Shown: positions 1 through 10,078, counted from the first letter of the stretch. The stretch: DNA of 64,000 nt from a bacterium (GCA_036788095.1 DAIQOA010000001.1:3948-67947), one strand, 5' to 3'. The notes: generated from the sequence alone by a model not told the origin. Translations and numbers: made by a program.

Positions 1-539
1 TGGCGTTACGGCTGCTGGTGGACGGGAAAACATCACGTCCGGGAGTGTGCAATGCGCTGGAAACTCTGCTGGTGCACGCACAAGCCGCCGCCGCGTTTTT
101 GCCCAGGGCGCATGAGGTGCTGAAAAGTAAAAACGTCGAGCTGCGCGGATGCCCCAGGACCTGCGAGCTGATCCCCGCCGCCCTTCCGGCGCAGGAAAAG
201 GATTACGATACAGAACACCTGGACTTGATCCTCTCGGTGCGCGTGGTGGAGGATTTCAACGCCGCTGTAGCTCATATCGAACAGCACGGCTCCGATCACA
301 CCGAGGTGATCGTTACGGAAAATTTGACCACCGCCCGTCGGTTTGTTCAGCAGGTGCATTCTTCTTCCGTGATGGTAAACGCTTCCTCCCGTTTTGCCGA
401 CGGCGGTGAATTGGGATTGGGCGCAGAGATCGGCATCTCCACGACGCGGCTGCACGCCTACGGCCCCATGGGTTTGGAGGCACTGACGACGAAAAAATTC
501 GTCGTCCTGGGCGCCGGACAAACAAGACATCCGCTATGA
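1..539 (+). CDS. proA: gamma-glutamyl phosphate reductase, C-terminal part (5' end lies outside the window)
   Basis: Frame is open from nt 3. Translation ...[24 protein letters not shown]...[43 protein letters not shown] matches the conserved ProA C-terminus. Stop at 537-539. Confidence 0.85.
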   Translation, partial: ALRLLVDGKTSRPGVCNALETLLVHAQAAAAFLPRAHEVLKSKNVELRGCPRTCELIPAALPAQEKDYDTEHLDLILSVRVVEDFNAAVAHIEQHGSDHTEVIVTENLTTARRFVQQVHSSSVMVNASSRFADGGELGLGAEIGISTTRLHAYGPMGLEALTTKKFVVLGAGQTRHPL

Positions 540-560
540 ACAGGAACGAGGAGAAATGAG

Positions 561-968
561 ATGAAGCCTTTTATCGATCATATCGCTTTGCGGGTGAGCA
601 ATCTGGATCAGGCGATTGCGTTTTATACCGATGTGTTAAAATTCGATTTTGATTTTCGCACCCTGGATGAGGAGCATCACGAGGCGTTCGCCTATCTGCG
701 GATGGAGGGAGGCAGGTTAGAGTTGCTGCAAAAGCTGGATATGGATAATCGACCGCTGGTCTACGAGAAGCCGCCGGTCGCGCCGCCCTTTTGTCCGCAT
801 CTGGCGTTGGGCTGCGCTGATTTGGATGAGATGGCAGTGGACCTGCAAAGAAGAGCGGCGCCGTTGATCGAAGGCCCTCTGGTCATTCCGGGCGAGGTGA
901 AATGGCTGTACATCGCCGACCCGGACCATAATATCATTGAATTCGTGCAGTGGTTGAAAAAGTCCTGA
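561..968 (+). CDS. VOC-family (glyoxalase/bleomycin-resistance-like) protein
   Basis: 135 aa. 'FIDHIALRVSNLDQAIAFYTDVL' is a typical glyoxalase-fold N-terminus. A GAGG RBS lies 7 nt upstream of the ATG. Confidence 0.6.
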   Translation: MKPFIDHIALRVSNLDQAIAFYTDVLKFDFDFRTLDEEHHEAFAYLRMEGGRLELLQKLDMDNRPLVYEKPPVAPPFCPHLALGCADLDEMAVDLQRRAAPLIEGPLVIPGEVKWLYIADPDHNIIEFVQWLKKS

Positions 969-1016
969 GCGTAGAGCGTCCGCTGAGCGCTGGAGGCGCG
1001 CAGGCGGTCACATGTT

Positions 1017-2120
1017 TTAGCCTTCATGCAAAGCCTGTTCAATAATTCCGCCGCCCACCAGCGTATCTCCCTGATAGCAGACCACGGATTGCCCCGGTGT
1101 CACCGCCGGCCGCGGCTGTTCAAAGCGAAGGATGACTCCATCCCCTTCCGCCTGCTCGAGGGTCGCTGTAAACCCTGGATCCTTGTAACGAATGCGTGCT
1201 TCTACCGTGGTTCCGGCAGTCGGCTGCGGCCAGACCAGCCAATTGGTCTGACTTGCTCTCAATCCGGAGGCCAGCAGTTCGTGCTTGTCTCCTAGCCGGA
1301 TGCGGTTGTTGGCGGGATCGATCTCGCAGACGAACACCGGCCGCCCCAATGCGACCCCCAGCCCTTTGCGCTGACCGATGGTGTAAAAAGGAAATCCGCG
1401 ATGCCGGCCGATCACAGCGCCCGTGCGGTCGACAAAATCGCCTGGAGGGATAGGGCAGCCGGCCTGCGCCAACCGGTCGATGAGGAAACGGCGAAAGTCG
1501 TCATCCAGAACGAAACAGATTTCCTGACTTTCGTTTTTATCAGCAACAGCCAGGTTCCATTCCCGCGCTTTGGCTCTGACCTCCTCTTTGCCCCATTCAC
1601 CCAAAGGAAACAGCGTGCAGCGCAGCTGTTCCTGCGACAACCGCCACAGCGCGTAAGACTGATCTTTAGCCTGGTGCGCAGCCTTCCGGAGTGCATAGCG
1701 GCCGGTCCGCGGATCTGCTTGCACTCGGCAGTAATGGCCGGTGGCGAATAATTCGGCCCCGCTGCGGCGGGCGAATTCCCACAGCGCTCCCCATTTGATG
1801 TGCACATTGCAGTGTACGCAGGGGTTGGGCGTGCGGCCGGCCGAATATTCACTGACAAAATAATCGATGACCGTTTTTTCGAACAGCGTATGCAGGTCCA
1901 GCACATGATGCTCGATGCCCAATTGCCGGCAGACGACGGCGGCATCGCGGCTTGGCTGGGAAGGATGCCGGAGTGCACCCTGCACAGGCAGCAGCGAAGC
2001 ATGCAGATGTTCCATGGTGACCCCGATGACCTCGTAGCCCTGCTTCTGCAGCCAGGCGGCGGCCACCGAGCTGTCCACGCCGCCGCTCATGGCCACGGCC
2101 ACTTTGGATTTCATAACCAC
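1017..2120 (-). CDS. mnmA: tRNA-specific 2-thiouridylase MnmA
   Basis: 367 aa. The PP-loop 'VAVAMSGGVDSSVAA', the catalytic Cys region 'NPCVHCN' and overall MnmA architecture are present. Confidence 0.9.
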   Translation of the reverse strand: MVMKSKVAVAMSGGVDSSVAAAWLQKQGYEVIGVTMEHLHASLLPVQGALRHPSQPSRDAAVVCRQLGIEHHVLDLHTLFEKTVIDYFVSEYSAGRTPNPCVHCNVHIKWGALWEFARRSGAELFATGHYCRVQADPRTGRYALRKAAHQAKDQSYALWRLSQEQLRCTLFPLGEWGKEEVRAKAREWNLAVADKNESQEICFVLDDDFRRFLIDRLAQAGCPIPPGDFVDRTGAVIGRHRGFPFYTIGQRKGLGVALGRPVFVCEIDPANNRIRLGDKHELLASGLRASQTNWLVWPQPTAGTTVEARIRYKDPGFTATLEQAEGDGVILRFEQPRPAVTPGQSVVCYQGDTLVGGGIIEQALHEG

Positions 2121-2124
2121 CCGC

Positions 2125-4641
2125 TCACTCTGTCAGTTCCAATCCCCAGGTTTTGTTTTTCATCGTTGCCGGAACGCCGGTCTTCATCCATACGGGCATG
2201 GGAGCGTCCAATAAATAGTGATCGAAAAACTGCTGCAGACGGATGGAGAGATCCTTGCGATTTTTGCGTTCCTTGAGATTGTGTTCTTCGCTGTTGTAAA
2301 CCAGCAGCCAGGCCGGTTTGCCCAACCGGCGCAGAGCGGTGAACAGCTCGATCCCCTGCTGATAGGGGACTGCGCCGTCGTTATCGTTATGCATGATCAG
2401 AAGCGGAGTGGTGACATCCGGCACTTTGAACAGCGGCGAGTTATCGATGTAATGCCACGGTTTTTCCCACAGCGTGGCGCCGATGCGGCTTTGTTCCCGC
2501 TCATACTGAAACTGGCGCACCCGGCCCGACTCTAGGCGGATGCCTCCGTAGGCGCTGGTCATGTTGCTCACCGGAGCGCCGGCGCCGGCGCAACGAAACA
2601 GATGCGAGTGCGCAACCAGATAGGCCACCTGATATCCGCCCCAGCTCTGCCCCTGAATGCCGATGCGGCTTCGGTCGACAAAACCGCGATCGATCAGAGC
2701 ATGAACGCCAGGAAGGATGCACGACAGAGCGCTTTTCCCCGGATAGCCGGCTTCATAGACGATGTCCGGAATAAAAAAGAGATAGCCGCGGCTGGCGTAG
2801 AACACCGGCGAGACTGTGGAAGCGCTGGGTCGTGGTTCAAAGTACCGATGCAGCAGATCGGCGTTGCGCTCATAAAAATAGACGATCATGGGGTATTTCC
2901 TGGTCGAATCGAAATGCTCTGGCTTGTACAGCAGCCCCTGCAACGGTTTGCCGTCGTTGGAGAGCCAGCGGACCAATTCCACTGATCCCCATAAATAGTC
3001 GGCCTGCTGCGGATTGGCGTCGCTCCTTCTCAGCGGCTGAGTGAAACGTGTATCCGTGGTCCACAGATCGGGAAACTCGCGAAAGGTGGAGCGGGTAAAG
3101 GCCAGAGTTTCCGCCTCTTTTGCTTTGATTGGATTGCCCAGAGATTGTGCGGCGTGAAAATGCACGGCCGGCGCCGCGTCGTCGCTCAGGCGTTTGCTGC
3201 AAAAGCCTTCGGATTTGTCGCGATAATCAAAGGTTTTCAGCAGCTGCGGCTTGTCGCTATCGATAAATTTGGCCTCCGGATCCAGCGTCAGGTAACGGTA
3301 GCTGGTTTGCTCCTGCCGCCCCAGTCCTTTGGTGATGATACGGGCTGCGGCTTTATTCGCCGGATCCAGCTCCCAGATGTCATAACGGTCATAGAGCAGA
3401 ACACGACGATCCTGAGCGGTCCAGCCCATCAACCCATAAGCGGATGGGTAATCCGGCCGGTCATTCAGTTCATCGGCAAAAGAGACGCCGAGGCCGGCGG
3501 TAAGGTTGCTGGTTTTTCCGGAAGCGATCTCATAAGAGAACCAGTGGCCCTGCGCTTCATCGAACCACAGCACGTATTTGCCATGGGGGGAGGCGCTGAC
3601 CGGGCCGGCGATTTTTTGGGCGATGAGGGTGCGCGCGCCGTCTGCAAGGCGTACACTGTAGAGATCCTGAAAGGTGGCGCCATCCCAGGATAGCTGCAGC
3701 TGATAGGGCAGGCCACTCAGTCCCAGGGCCCAGCCGGCATCGCCCTCCTGGACGATTTTTAACTCGGGCAGATCGACGCCGGCCAGTTGGGAAAAATTCC
3801 CGGCTTTTAGACGAACCACCGCGGTGTAACTGCGCTTGAGTTCTTTATCCAGATCATGAACTTGCTGCGATTGCAGGAGCGGGTCCTGGTAATGCCAGAT
3901 GTCCAGTTTGGCGGTTTCAAACTCGACCAGCGTGGTGTCCTCAGCCACGGGGATGGGCGCTGTGCCCAAAAACAGGTTTTCGCCGTTGCGGCTGAACTGG
4001 AGCGTCTGGTTTTCGCTGATCAGCCAGTGTCGCGGGAAACCGGTTTTCAACGTGTCGAGGAGCTGCCGCGCCGAATCGTTCTCCGCGCGCCAGTTAAAGA
4101 GGGAATAAAACCGTTGTTTGTTTTTGCTAGTGTCGCTGTCGGCGAGAAAGGCGGCCTGTTGACCCTGTTCATCCCAGAGCAATTTTTTATACACCGCCTT
4201 GCCGCTGTGAATCATGCGCCAGGAGGGGGAGGAGGTGTCAAAGACATAGACGCCTGGCTGTTGCGCGCTGTCAGCGGCGGTACAGGAGAACAGAATGCGC
4301 TGCCCGGGCTTGGCGAACTGATAGTCCGTCACGCCATGAAATGTCCACTCACGGCCATCCGCCAGCCTTCGTATCACCAGGTCACTGCCCGCCTCATCCG
4401 CTTTCTTTTTATCTTTGCCCGCCTCCTGTTTCGCGAGCGAGGGGTCTTTCTCTCGCTGGTACGCCAGCCAACCGTTGCCCTTTTCCGGCAGCTGATAGGA
4501 TTTGACCAATCCTACTTTGCTCACTGAACCGTTATCCAGTTGCAGGATGGCCAGAGAATCCTTGGGCATCTCCTCGTCTTTTTTCTTGGCGATCTTGGCC
4601 TTGCGGGTCTGTTGAAAAAAGGGTTGAACATGCGCTACCAC
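2125..4641 (-). CDS. S9-family serine peptidase (prolyl oligopeptidase / dipeptidyl-aminopeptidase-like) with N-terminal β-propeller; the ORF as called starts at an internal GTG
   Basis: 838 aa. The C-terminal α/β-hydrolase region carries the 'GQSWGGYQVAYL' nucleophile elbow (GxSxGG) and 'HNDNDGAVPYQQGIELFTAL'. The same frame stays open upstream to an in-frame TGA and a signal-peptide ORF (see the 4642..4902 feature). Confidence 0.8.
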   Translation of the reverse strand: MVAHVQPFFQQTRKAKIAKKKDEEMPKDSLAILQLDNGSVSKVGLVKSYQLPEKGNGWLAYQREKDPSLAKQEAGKDKKKADEAGSDLVIRRLADGREWTFHGVTDYQFAKPGQRILFSCTAADSAQQPGVYVFDTSSPSWRMIHSGKAVYKKLLWDEQGQQAAFLADSDTSKNKQRFYSLFNWRAENDSARQLLDTLKTGFPRHWLISENQTLQFSRNGENLFLGTAPIPVAEDTTLVEFETAKLDIWHYQDPLLQSQQVHDLDKELKRSYTAVVRLKAGNFSQLAGVDLPELKIVQEGDAGWALGLSGLPYQLQLSWDGATFQDLYSVRLADGARTLIAQKIAGPVSASPHGKYVLWFDEAQGHWFSYEIASGKTSNLTAGLGVSFADELNDRPDYPSAYGLMGWTAQDRRVLLYDRYDIWELDPANKAAARIITKGLGRQEQTSYRYLTLDPEAKFIDSDKPQLLKTFDYRDKSEGFCSKRLSDDAAPAVHFHAAQSLGNPIKAKEAETLAFTRSTFREFPDLWTTDTRFTQPLRRSDANPQQADYLWGSVELVRWLSNDGKPLQGLLYKPEHFDSTRKYPMIVYFYERNADLLHRYFEPRPSASTVSPVFYASRGYLFFIPDIVYEAGYPGKSALSCILPGVHALIDRGFVDRSRIGIQGQSWGGYQVAYLVAHSHLFRCAGAGAPVSNMTSAYGGIRLESGRVRQFQYEREQSRIGATLWEKPWHYIDNSPLFKVPDVTTPLLIMHNDNDGAVPYQQGIELFTALRRLGKPAWLLVYNSEEHNLKERKNRKDLSIRLQQFFDHYLLDAPMPVWMKTGVPATMKNKTWGLELTE

Positions 4642-4902
4642 GAAACGCGAGTCCTGAGTGAAACGCGCTTTGTGGCCGCGGGGGATCAGGAAGGTTTGTT
4701 CTCGATCGAGCGCGATAACCCGCAGCTCACCGTCCCCTTCCTGGGGTACGAGGCTGTAAAGTAAAAAAACGCCGTTCTCCGATAGCGCGGTCCCGGCGAT
4801 CGAGTTCCATCGGTCATAGACCGAGTGGTCGAGCGGTTTTTTTTCAGCTAATCAGCCTGTGGCGATTACCAAAAGGTAAAGTGAAAGACCGATCCGTTTC
4901 AT
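4642..4902 (-). other. Apparent 5' portion of the S9 peptidase gene: ATG + signal peptide (MKRIGLSLYLLVIATG), in-frame TGA, then 71 start-less sense codons that run into the peptidase ORF
   Basis: Minus-strand translation from ATG 4902..4900 gives a 16-aa hydrophobic leader and then TGA (4854..4852). The next 71 codons (LAEKKPLDHSVYDRWNSIAGTALSENGVFLLYSLVPQEGDGELRVIALDREQTFLIPRGHKARFTQDSRF) contain no ATG/GTG/TTG and are in the same frame as the GTG at 4641. Confidence 0.55.
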
Positions 4903-5092
4903 TGTGAGGCCCTGACTGGTTGTGAGCGAAAAAGGATTTAGCAAATGTAGGAATATTTGCGGGAAAAATAAACAACTATGTACAGCGGGCGCCCGGGGAT
5001 GGAGCGAATAGCGTTCTGTTGGTCAACAGCCATGATGTTGTCGGCGAAAAGCGTCTGGTTGAATCATGGGAGTAATGCCCGCGCCGTCTGGT

Positions 5093-5749
5093 TTAGCCCT
5101 GGTCGTGCGCCACGATGCGCGCCTCGGTTAAAAAAAACACCTCTTCAGCGATGTTGGTGGCATGGTCAGCCAATCGCTCGAGCTGTCTGGTCAGCACGAT
5201 CAGGTGCGCACACGGCTCAATGTCGTCGGTGCCGGCTTTCATCCGCTCGACGAGAAATTTAAAAATACTTTTGTTCAAACCGTCCACCGCATCGTCCTGA
5301 CGCCGCACTTGCAGCGCTTTTTGTTTGTCCAGCTCGGTGAACGACGCGATGGCTGTCTTTAGCATCACCTGCGCTTGTTTGGCCATGTCGATCACCTGCG
5401 ATTCTTGGACCAGATCGTGGCGGTCCGCGGTCTTGCGTGTACGGTTGACGATGTTGACGGCGATGTCGCCGCATCGTTCCAACTGGGCGCTGATCTTGAG
5501 CGCCGTGATGATGGTGCGCAAGTCGATGGCCACGGGTTGAAACAGAGCGAACAGGTTTTCACACTGAGCCAGAATCAGGTTTTCATAGGCGTCCGTCTGT
5601 TTGTCGCGCTCCTTGACCACGCGGCACAGCTCCACATCGGCTTTTTCCAGCGCTTCAATGGCCATGCCCACCTGACCGTCCACCAGCTCCACCATCTGCT
5701 GCAAGGACGTTTTCAGGCTGTCCATTTCCTGAGTAAAATGATTCTGCAT
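5093..5749 (-). CDS. phoU: phosphate-transport system regulatory protein PhoU
   Basis: 218 aa. Two PhoU repeats ('DVELCRVVKERDKQTDAYENLI', 'IVLTRQLERLADHATNIAEEVFF'). Transcribed divergently from pstS. Confidence 0.9.
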   Translation of the reverse strand: MQNHFTQEMDSLKTSLQQMVELVDGQVGMAIEALEKADVELCRVVKERDKQTDAYENLILAQCENLFALFQPVAIDLRTIITALKISAQLERCGDIAVNIVNRTRKTADRHDLVQESQVIDMAKQAQVMLKTAIASFTELDKQKALQVRRQDDAVDGLNKSIFKFLVERMKAGTDDIEPCAHLIVLTRQLERLADHATNIAEEVFFLTEARIVAHDQG

Positions 5750-5778
5750 ATTCGATGAACCTCAGAGTTGTATATAGT

Positions 5779-5807
5779 AATATACTCATGTTTTTCCGTG
5801 AAATCAA
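5779..5807 (-). promoter_or_regulatory. putative sigma70-type promoter of phoU (-35 TTGATT, 17-nt spacer, -10 TATATT on the minus strand)
   Basis: Plus strand shows aatcaa (5802-5807) and aatata (5779-5784), which on the minus strand read TTGATT-N17-TATATT. The -10 element ends ~30 nt upstream of the phoU ATG at 5749. Confidence 0.4.
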
Positions 5808-5950
5808 CGAAAACGAGGGGGCGATGCCGCAACCGCCGTCGCCACGCCTGGTTTCGGTCGTTGGTTGGTCCAGCCGGGTTAGCTAACGGTTCTAACTCTA
5901 TTTATTTTATGCTGATTACGCCGGCGGCCAATGCGACCGCGCGCGAGTTC

Positions 5951-5979
5951 TTGACTTTGAGGCTAAATATGTGTAATTT
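5951..5979 (+). promoter_or_regulatory. putative sigma70-type promoter of pstSCAB (-35 TTGACT, 17-nt spacer, -10 TAATTT)
   Basis: TTGACT at 5951-5956, a 17-nt spacer, and TAATTT at 5974-5979. It lies 26 nt upstream of the lipoprotein-type start of pstS at 6005. Confidence 0.35.
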
Positions 5980-6004
5980 GCTGCGGCGAATAATGAGGGA
6001 ACCT

Positions 6005-6796
6005 ATGCGCAGAGCCTTTGCAGTATTTGTCTTTGTGATGTCCTTTGCTCTTACATCCGCTTGCGGCAACCGGCGCAGTTCGATCACCGTGGCCGGTTCC
6101 ACTGCTTTTCAGCCCTTTGCGGAAAAGCTGGCTGATCAGTTTATGACCAACCGGCCCACGGCGAACATCATTGTGCAGGGCGGCGGCTCCGCAGTGGGCA
6201 TCCAGTCCACGCTGTCAGGAACAGCCCAGATCGGCATGGCTGATCTGGTCACTCTGCCTGAGGAGGCAAAGGGACTACAGGCCACGGAGGTAGCCCGGGA
6301 CGGCATCGCGGTGGTGGTGCATCCGTCCAACCGCATCAACGACCTGACGATGGACCAGCTGCGCCGAATCTTTAACGGATCGATCCGCAACTGGCGCGAT
6401 CTCGGCGGCGGCTACGGCGTCATCACCGTCGTTTCCCGCGAGGCTGGATCGGGCACGCGCATTTCCTATGAACAGATCGTCGGCGATCTCTTGTTGACCA
6501 AAGAGGCCATTGTTCAGGATTCCAACGGCACAATCAGAGAGACCGTGGCCAATGATCCCAACGCCGTTGGTTATCTGTCGCACGGGTTGCTTAACGAAAA
6601 AATCAAAGCGGTGACCATCGATGGCGTGGCGTGTACCAACGAAGCCATTCAAAGCAATCAGTACGCGCTGGCGCGGCCGATCTTTTTGCTCACCCGTGTC
6701 GAGCCGATGCCCGACACTCAGGCGTTTATCGATTACATTCTCTCCGCAGAAGGTCAGCAAACCATTCAATCCAGCGGTCTCATTCCGGTTAAGTAG
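6005..6796 (+). CDS. pstS: phosphate ABC transporter substrate-binding lipoprotein PstS
   Basis: The ORF is open from 5768. The likely start is MRRAFAVFVFVMSFALTSAC (signal peptide + Cys, 6005). PBP fold motifs 'ITVAGSTAFQPF', 'SREAGSGTR'. An upstream in-frame alternative start is at 5993. Confidence 0.85.
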   Translation: MRRAFAVFVFVMSFALTSACGNRRSSITVAGSTAFQPFAEKLADQFMTNRPTANIIVQGGGSAVGIQSTLSGTAQIGMADLVTLPEEAKGLQATEVARDGIAVVVHPSNRINDLTMDQLRRIFNGSIRNWRDLGGGYGVITVVSREAGSGTRISYEQIVGDLLLTKEAIVQDSNGTIRETVANDPNAVGYLSHGLLNEKIKAVTIDGVACTNEAIQSNQYALARPIFLLTRVEPMPDTQAFIDYILSAEGQQTIQSSGLIPVK

Positions 6797-6804
6797 CGAG
6801 CGCC

Positions 6805-7668
6805 ATGAAACCATATAGCCTGGGAGAAAAAGGCGTTCAGTACATTTTGACCGCCATCGCTTTTTCCGCGTTGTTCGGGCTGTTGCTGATTGCGCTGTTT
6901 ATCCTCAAAGAGGGCCTGCCGTTTCTGACGCAGGTGGGCTTGAAGGATTTCATTTTCGCCCACGACTGGGAACCGCAGGGCGGCAAATTCGGCATCTATC
7001 CCATGATCATCGCCTCTCTGTGGGTGACCTTTGGCGCCATGTTGATCGGCGCGCCGCTGGGCATCGCCTGTGCGGTCTTTCTCACCGAATTCGTTCCCCG
7101 GCCGGTGATGCACACCATCAAGCCCATGATCGAACTCTTGGCCGGCATCCCCTCGGTCATTTACGGTTTTATCGGCGTCATTGTTCTGGCGCCGCTGATC
7201 CGCACGCATCTGGGCGGCCCGGGACTTTCGCTGCTGGCCGCCTCCATCATTCTCGGCATTATGATCCTGCCCACCATCATCAGTATCTCTACGGATGCGA
7301 TCAGCGCAGTGCCCACTTCTTTTCGCGAAGGCTCCCGGGCCTTGGGCGCCACCCGCTGGCAGACGGTTTATATGGTGGTGTTAAAGGCCGCGCGATCCGG
7401 CATCATTTCCGGCGTCATCCTCGGCATGGGAAGGGCCATCGGCGAAACCATGGCGGTCATCATGGTGGCGGGCAACGCGGTCAAGCTGCCGGGCACAGCC
7501 CTGGATTCCGTGCGCACGTTGACGGCCAACATCGCCCTGGAGATGGGTTATGCTGTCGGGATGCACCGCAGTGCACTGTTCGCCACCGGTGTGGTGCTTT
7601 TTATCTTTATCATGGTGTTGAACACCCTGGCCGGCGCTTTTGTCAAACGGGAGATACGCCGGCGATGA
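6805..7668 (+). CDS. pstC: phosphate ABC transporter permease PstC
   Basis: 287 aa, polytopic, with the ABC-permease EAA-like region 'AVPTSFREGSRALGATRWQT'. Confidence 0.9.
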   Translation: MKPYSLGEKGVQYILTAIAFSALFGLLLIALFILKEGLPFLTQVGLKDFIFAHDWEPQGGKFGIYPMIIASLWVTFGAMLIGAPLGIACAVFLTEFVPRPVMHTIKPMIELLAGIPSVIYGFIGVIVLAPLIRTHLGGPGLSLLAASIILGIMILPTIISISTDAISAVPTSFREGSRALGATRWQTVYMVVLKAARSGIISGVILGMGRAIGETMAVIMVAGNAVKLPGTALDSVRTLTANIALEMGYAVGMHRSALFATGVVLFIFIMVLNTLAGAFVKREIRRR

Positions 7669-8504
7669 TGCGGATTCCTGCAAAAGTCAGCCAGGTTGTG
7701 GCGGCGGCCGTGATGGCGCTGGCGACCTTGCTCACCCTGGCGGTGCTGGTCTTTATCGTGGTCTTTATTCTGGAAAAAGGGTTGCCGATTCTGAACCGTA
7801 CTTTTCTTTTCAGCGCCCCCCGTGATATGGGCAAGGCCGGCGGCATTTTCCCCACCATTCTGGCGACCATCATCCTGCCGCTGCTGGCCATTGCGCTAGC
7901 CCTGCCGTTGGGCGTCGGCACAGCCATCTATCTCACCGAATACACCCGGGAGAGCCGTATGACGCGCATTATCCGTTTTGGCAACGATTGTCTGGCCGGC
8001 ATCCCTTCCATTATTTTCGGCCTGTTCGGGTTTCTCTTTTTCGTCACTTTGCTGGAGATGGGCTGGTCGCTGCTGTCCGGCGGGCTGACCCTGGCGTTGA
8101 TGATTTTGCCCACCATCATCCGCACCTCTGAGGAGGCGATCAAATCAGTGCCGACCTCCTATCGCGAGGTCAGTTTTTCGCTGGGCGCCACCCGCTGGCG
8201 CACCATTCAGCGGGTGGTGTTGCCCAACGCTCTACCCGGCATTTTGACCGGCGTGATGTTGGGCATCGGCCGATCCATCGGCGAGACCGCGGCGTTGATC
8301 TTTACCGCCGGCTCTTCGCTGCGTCTGCCGCAATCGCTGTTCGATTCCTCGCGCACCATGTCCGTCCACTTTTACATTCTGGCGCGCGAAGGGCTGTCCA
8401 CGGAAAACGCCTATGGCACAGCGGCGGTTTTGATCCTGTCGGTGCTGTCGGTCAATGCCGTGGCCTACTATCTTATGCACCGTTATATGAAAAAAAATGC
8501 GTAG
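7665..8504 (+). CDS. pstA: phosphate ABC transporter permease PstA
   Basis: ATG at 7665 overlaps the pstC stop (ATGA). Product MMRIPAKVSQ...'SVPTSYREVSFSLGATRWRT'. The upstream part of the long ORF called at 7020..8504 is an alternative frame across pstC, not real coding. Confidence 0.85.
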   Translation: MMRIPAKVSQVVAAAVMALATLLTLAVLVFIVVFILEKGLPILNRTFLFSAPRDMGKAGGIFPTILATIILPLLAIALALPLGVGTAIYLTEYTRESRMTRIIRFGNDCLAGIPSIIFGLFGFLFFVTLLEMGWSLLSGGLTLALMILPTIIRTSEEAIKSVPTSYREVSFSLGATRWRTIQRVVLPNALPGILTGVMLGIGRSIGETAALIFTAGSSLRLPQSLFDSSRTMSVHFYILAREGLSTENAYGTAAVLILSVLSVNAVAYYLMHRYMKKNA

Positions 8505-8549
8505 CCTTTGCTCACAGTCGCAACCGGCGACGGGCCCTTCGACCGCGGG

Positions 8550-9311
8550 ATGATCATGAACGCCAAATTCACTTTATCGCAATTCAGCGCCTATTATGGT
8601 TCGCATCGCGCGCTGCAGCAGATCGATCTGCTTATTCCGCCACGGCGAATCCTTGGCATCATCGGACCTGCCGGCTCGGGCAAGACCACTTTTTTGCGCT
8701 CGCTCAATCGCCTGAACGATCTGACCACCGGCTTTCGCAGGCAGGGCGAGGTGAGGCTGGACGGTGAGGACATCTATGGCGCGGATTTTGATCCCATCGT
8801 TCTGCGCCGGCGCGTGGGCATGCTGTTCGCCCTGCCCATTGCCCTGCCCATGAGCATCTATGAAAACGTGGTCTACGGTCCGCGCATGCAGGGGATCAGC
8901 GGACGACCGCAGCTGGATCAGCTGGTGGAAAGCAGTCTGCGCGCCGCTTTTTTGTGGGAGGAGGTCAAAGACCGTCTAAAGAGTTCCGGTCTACGGCTGT
9001 CCGGCGGCCAGCAGCAGCGCCTCTGTCTCGCGCGCGTGCTGGCTCTCAATCCCGAAGTGATCCTGCTGGATGAGCCGACCTCAGGACTGGATCCCATCTC
9101 TACCGCCAAGATAGAAGACGCCCTGACCTTGCTAAAGGAACAGTATACCATTGTGCTGGTGACCAACAACACCATGCAGGCGGGTCGCGTCGCCGACACC
9201 ACCGCCTTTTTTTTCATGGGCGAACTGATCGAGCAGGATGAGACCAAAAAAATATTCACCAATCCCGCGCAGCAGCGCACCTTGGATTATGTGACCGGCC
9301 GGTTTGGATGA
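8550..9311 (+). CDS. pstB: phosphate import ATP-binding protein PstB (copy 1)
   Basis: Walker A 'GPAGSGKTT', signature 'LSGGQQQRL', Walker B 'ILLDEPTS'. The start is chosen at MIMNAKF (8550); an upstream in-frame TTG at 8508 is less likely. Confidence 0.85.
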   Translation: MIMNAKFTLSQFSAYYGSHRALQQIDLLIPPRRILGIIGPAGSGKTTFLRSLNRLNDLTTGFRRQGEVRLDGEDIYGADFDPIVLRRRVGMLFALPIALPMSIYENVVYGPRMQGISGRPQLDQLVESSLRAAFLWEEVKDRLKSSGLRLSGGQQQRLCLARVLALNPEVILLDEPTSGLDPISTAKIEDALTLLKEQYTIVLVTNNTMQAGRVADTTAFFFMGELIEQDETKKIFTNPAQQRTLDYVTGRFG

Positions 9312-10078
9312 GGCTCATGGCAACGAAGAACAAAATAGAGATTCAGCGTTTGAACCTTTATTACGGTGCTTTTCACGCCCTGCACGACATCTCGATGGAC
9401 ATTCGCGATCGTCATATCACCGCGCTGATCGGACCCTCCGGCTGCGGCAAATCAACCTTGGTGCGCAGCCTCAACCGGATGAACGATCTGATCAGCGGCG
9501 CCCGGGTGACCGGCTCTGTGCGCGTGGACGGCGAAGACATCTATGCGGCCAAGGCGGATGTCGAAAAGGTGCGCAAAAAAGTGGGCATGGTTTTTCAACG
9601 GCCCAACCCTTTTCCGCTGTCCATTTTCGACAACGTGGCCTACGGCCTGCGCGTGGCAGGCGTGAAAAATAAAGCCGCGCTCCAGGATAAAGTGGAGCAG
9701 AGCTTGAGGGCTGCGTGGCTATGGGACAGCCTGAAGGACCAGCTGCATTCATCGGCAGTGACCTTGCCCCTGGATCAGCAACAGCGTCTGTGCATCGCGC
9801 GGCTGTTGATCATCGAGCCCGAAGTGATCCTGATGGACGAGCCCTGCTCCGCGCTGGATCCCATCGCCACCGCCAAGATCGAGGAACTGATTCTGGAGTT
9901 GAAGAAAAATTACTGCATCGTCATCGTCACCCACAACATGCAGCAGGCGGCGCGGGTTTCGGATTTTTCCGGGTACATGCTCCTCGGCGACTTGATCGAG
10001 TATGACGATACGAAAAAAATATTTACCCATCCCGCCGATAAACGCACCGAAGAGTACATCACCGGCCGCTACGGCTGA
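9308..10078 (+). CDS. pstB: phosphate import ATP-binding protein PstB (copy 2, tandem paralog)
   Basis: Walker A 'GPSGCGKST', '[11 protein letters not shown]', 'ILMDEPCS'. Overlaps the stop of copy 1 by 4 nt, in the B. subtilis pstBA/pstBB style. Confidence 0.85.
   Translation: MRLMATKNKIEIQRLNLYYGAFHALHDISMDIRDRHITALIGPSGCGKSTLVRSLNRMNDLISGARVTGSVRVDGEDIYAAKADVEKVRKKVGMVFQRPNPFPLSIFDNVAYGLRVAGVKNKAALQDKVEQSLRAAWLWDSLKDQLHSSAVTLPLDQQQRLCIARLLIIEPEVILMDEPCSALDPIATAKIEELILELKKNYCIVIVTHNMQQAARVSDFSGYMLLGDLIEYDDTKKIFTHPADKRTEEYITGRYG

Noticed and set aside
4630-4660. A +1 frameshift joining the upstream open frame to the S9 peptidase
   Set aside because: Codon-by-codon recount shows the upstream 71 codons are in the same frame as the peptidase ORF. 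The only discontinuity is the in-frame TGA at 4852-4854, reported as a finding.
5951-5979. Bacteroidia-type promoter (-33 TTTG / -7 TAnnTTTG) interpretation of the recurring TAATTT(G) elements
   Set aside because: The upstream partner is consistently a TTGAnn hexamer at 17-nt spacing, which fits a sigma70-like -35/-10 better. TAATTTG lacks the extra T needed for TAnnTTTG.
7020-8504. 494-aa ORF starting at 7020 that appears to fuse pstC and pstA; likewise ORF 27383..28429 spanning ogt and the NUDIX gene
   Set aside because: The 5' portions are alternative frames running across pstC and ogt respectively. The genuine genes start at the ATGs overlapping the upstream stops (7665 and 27668).
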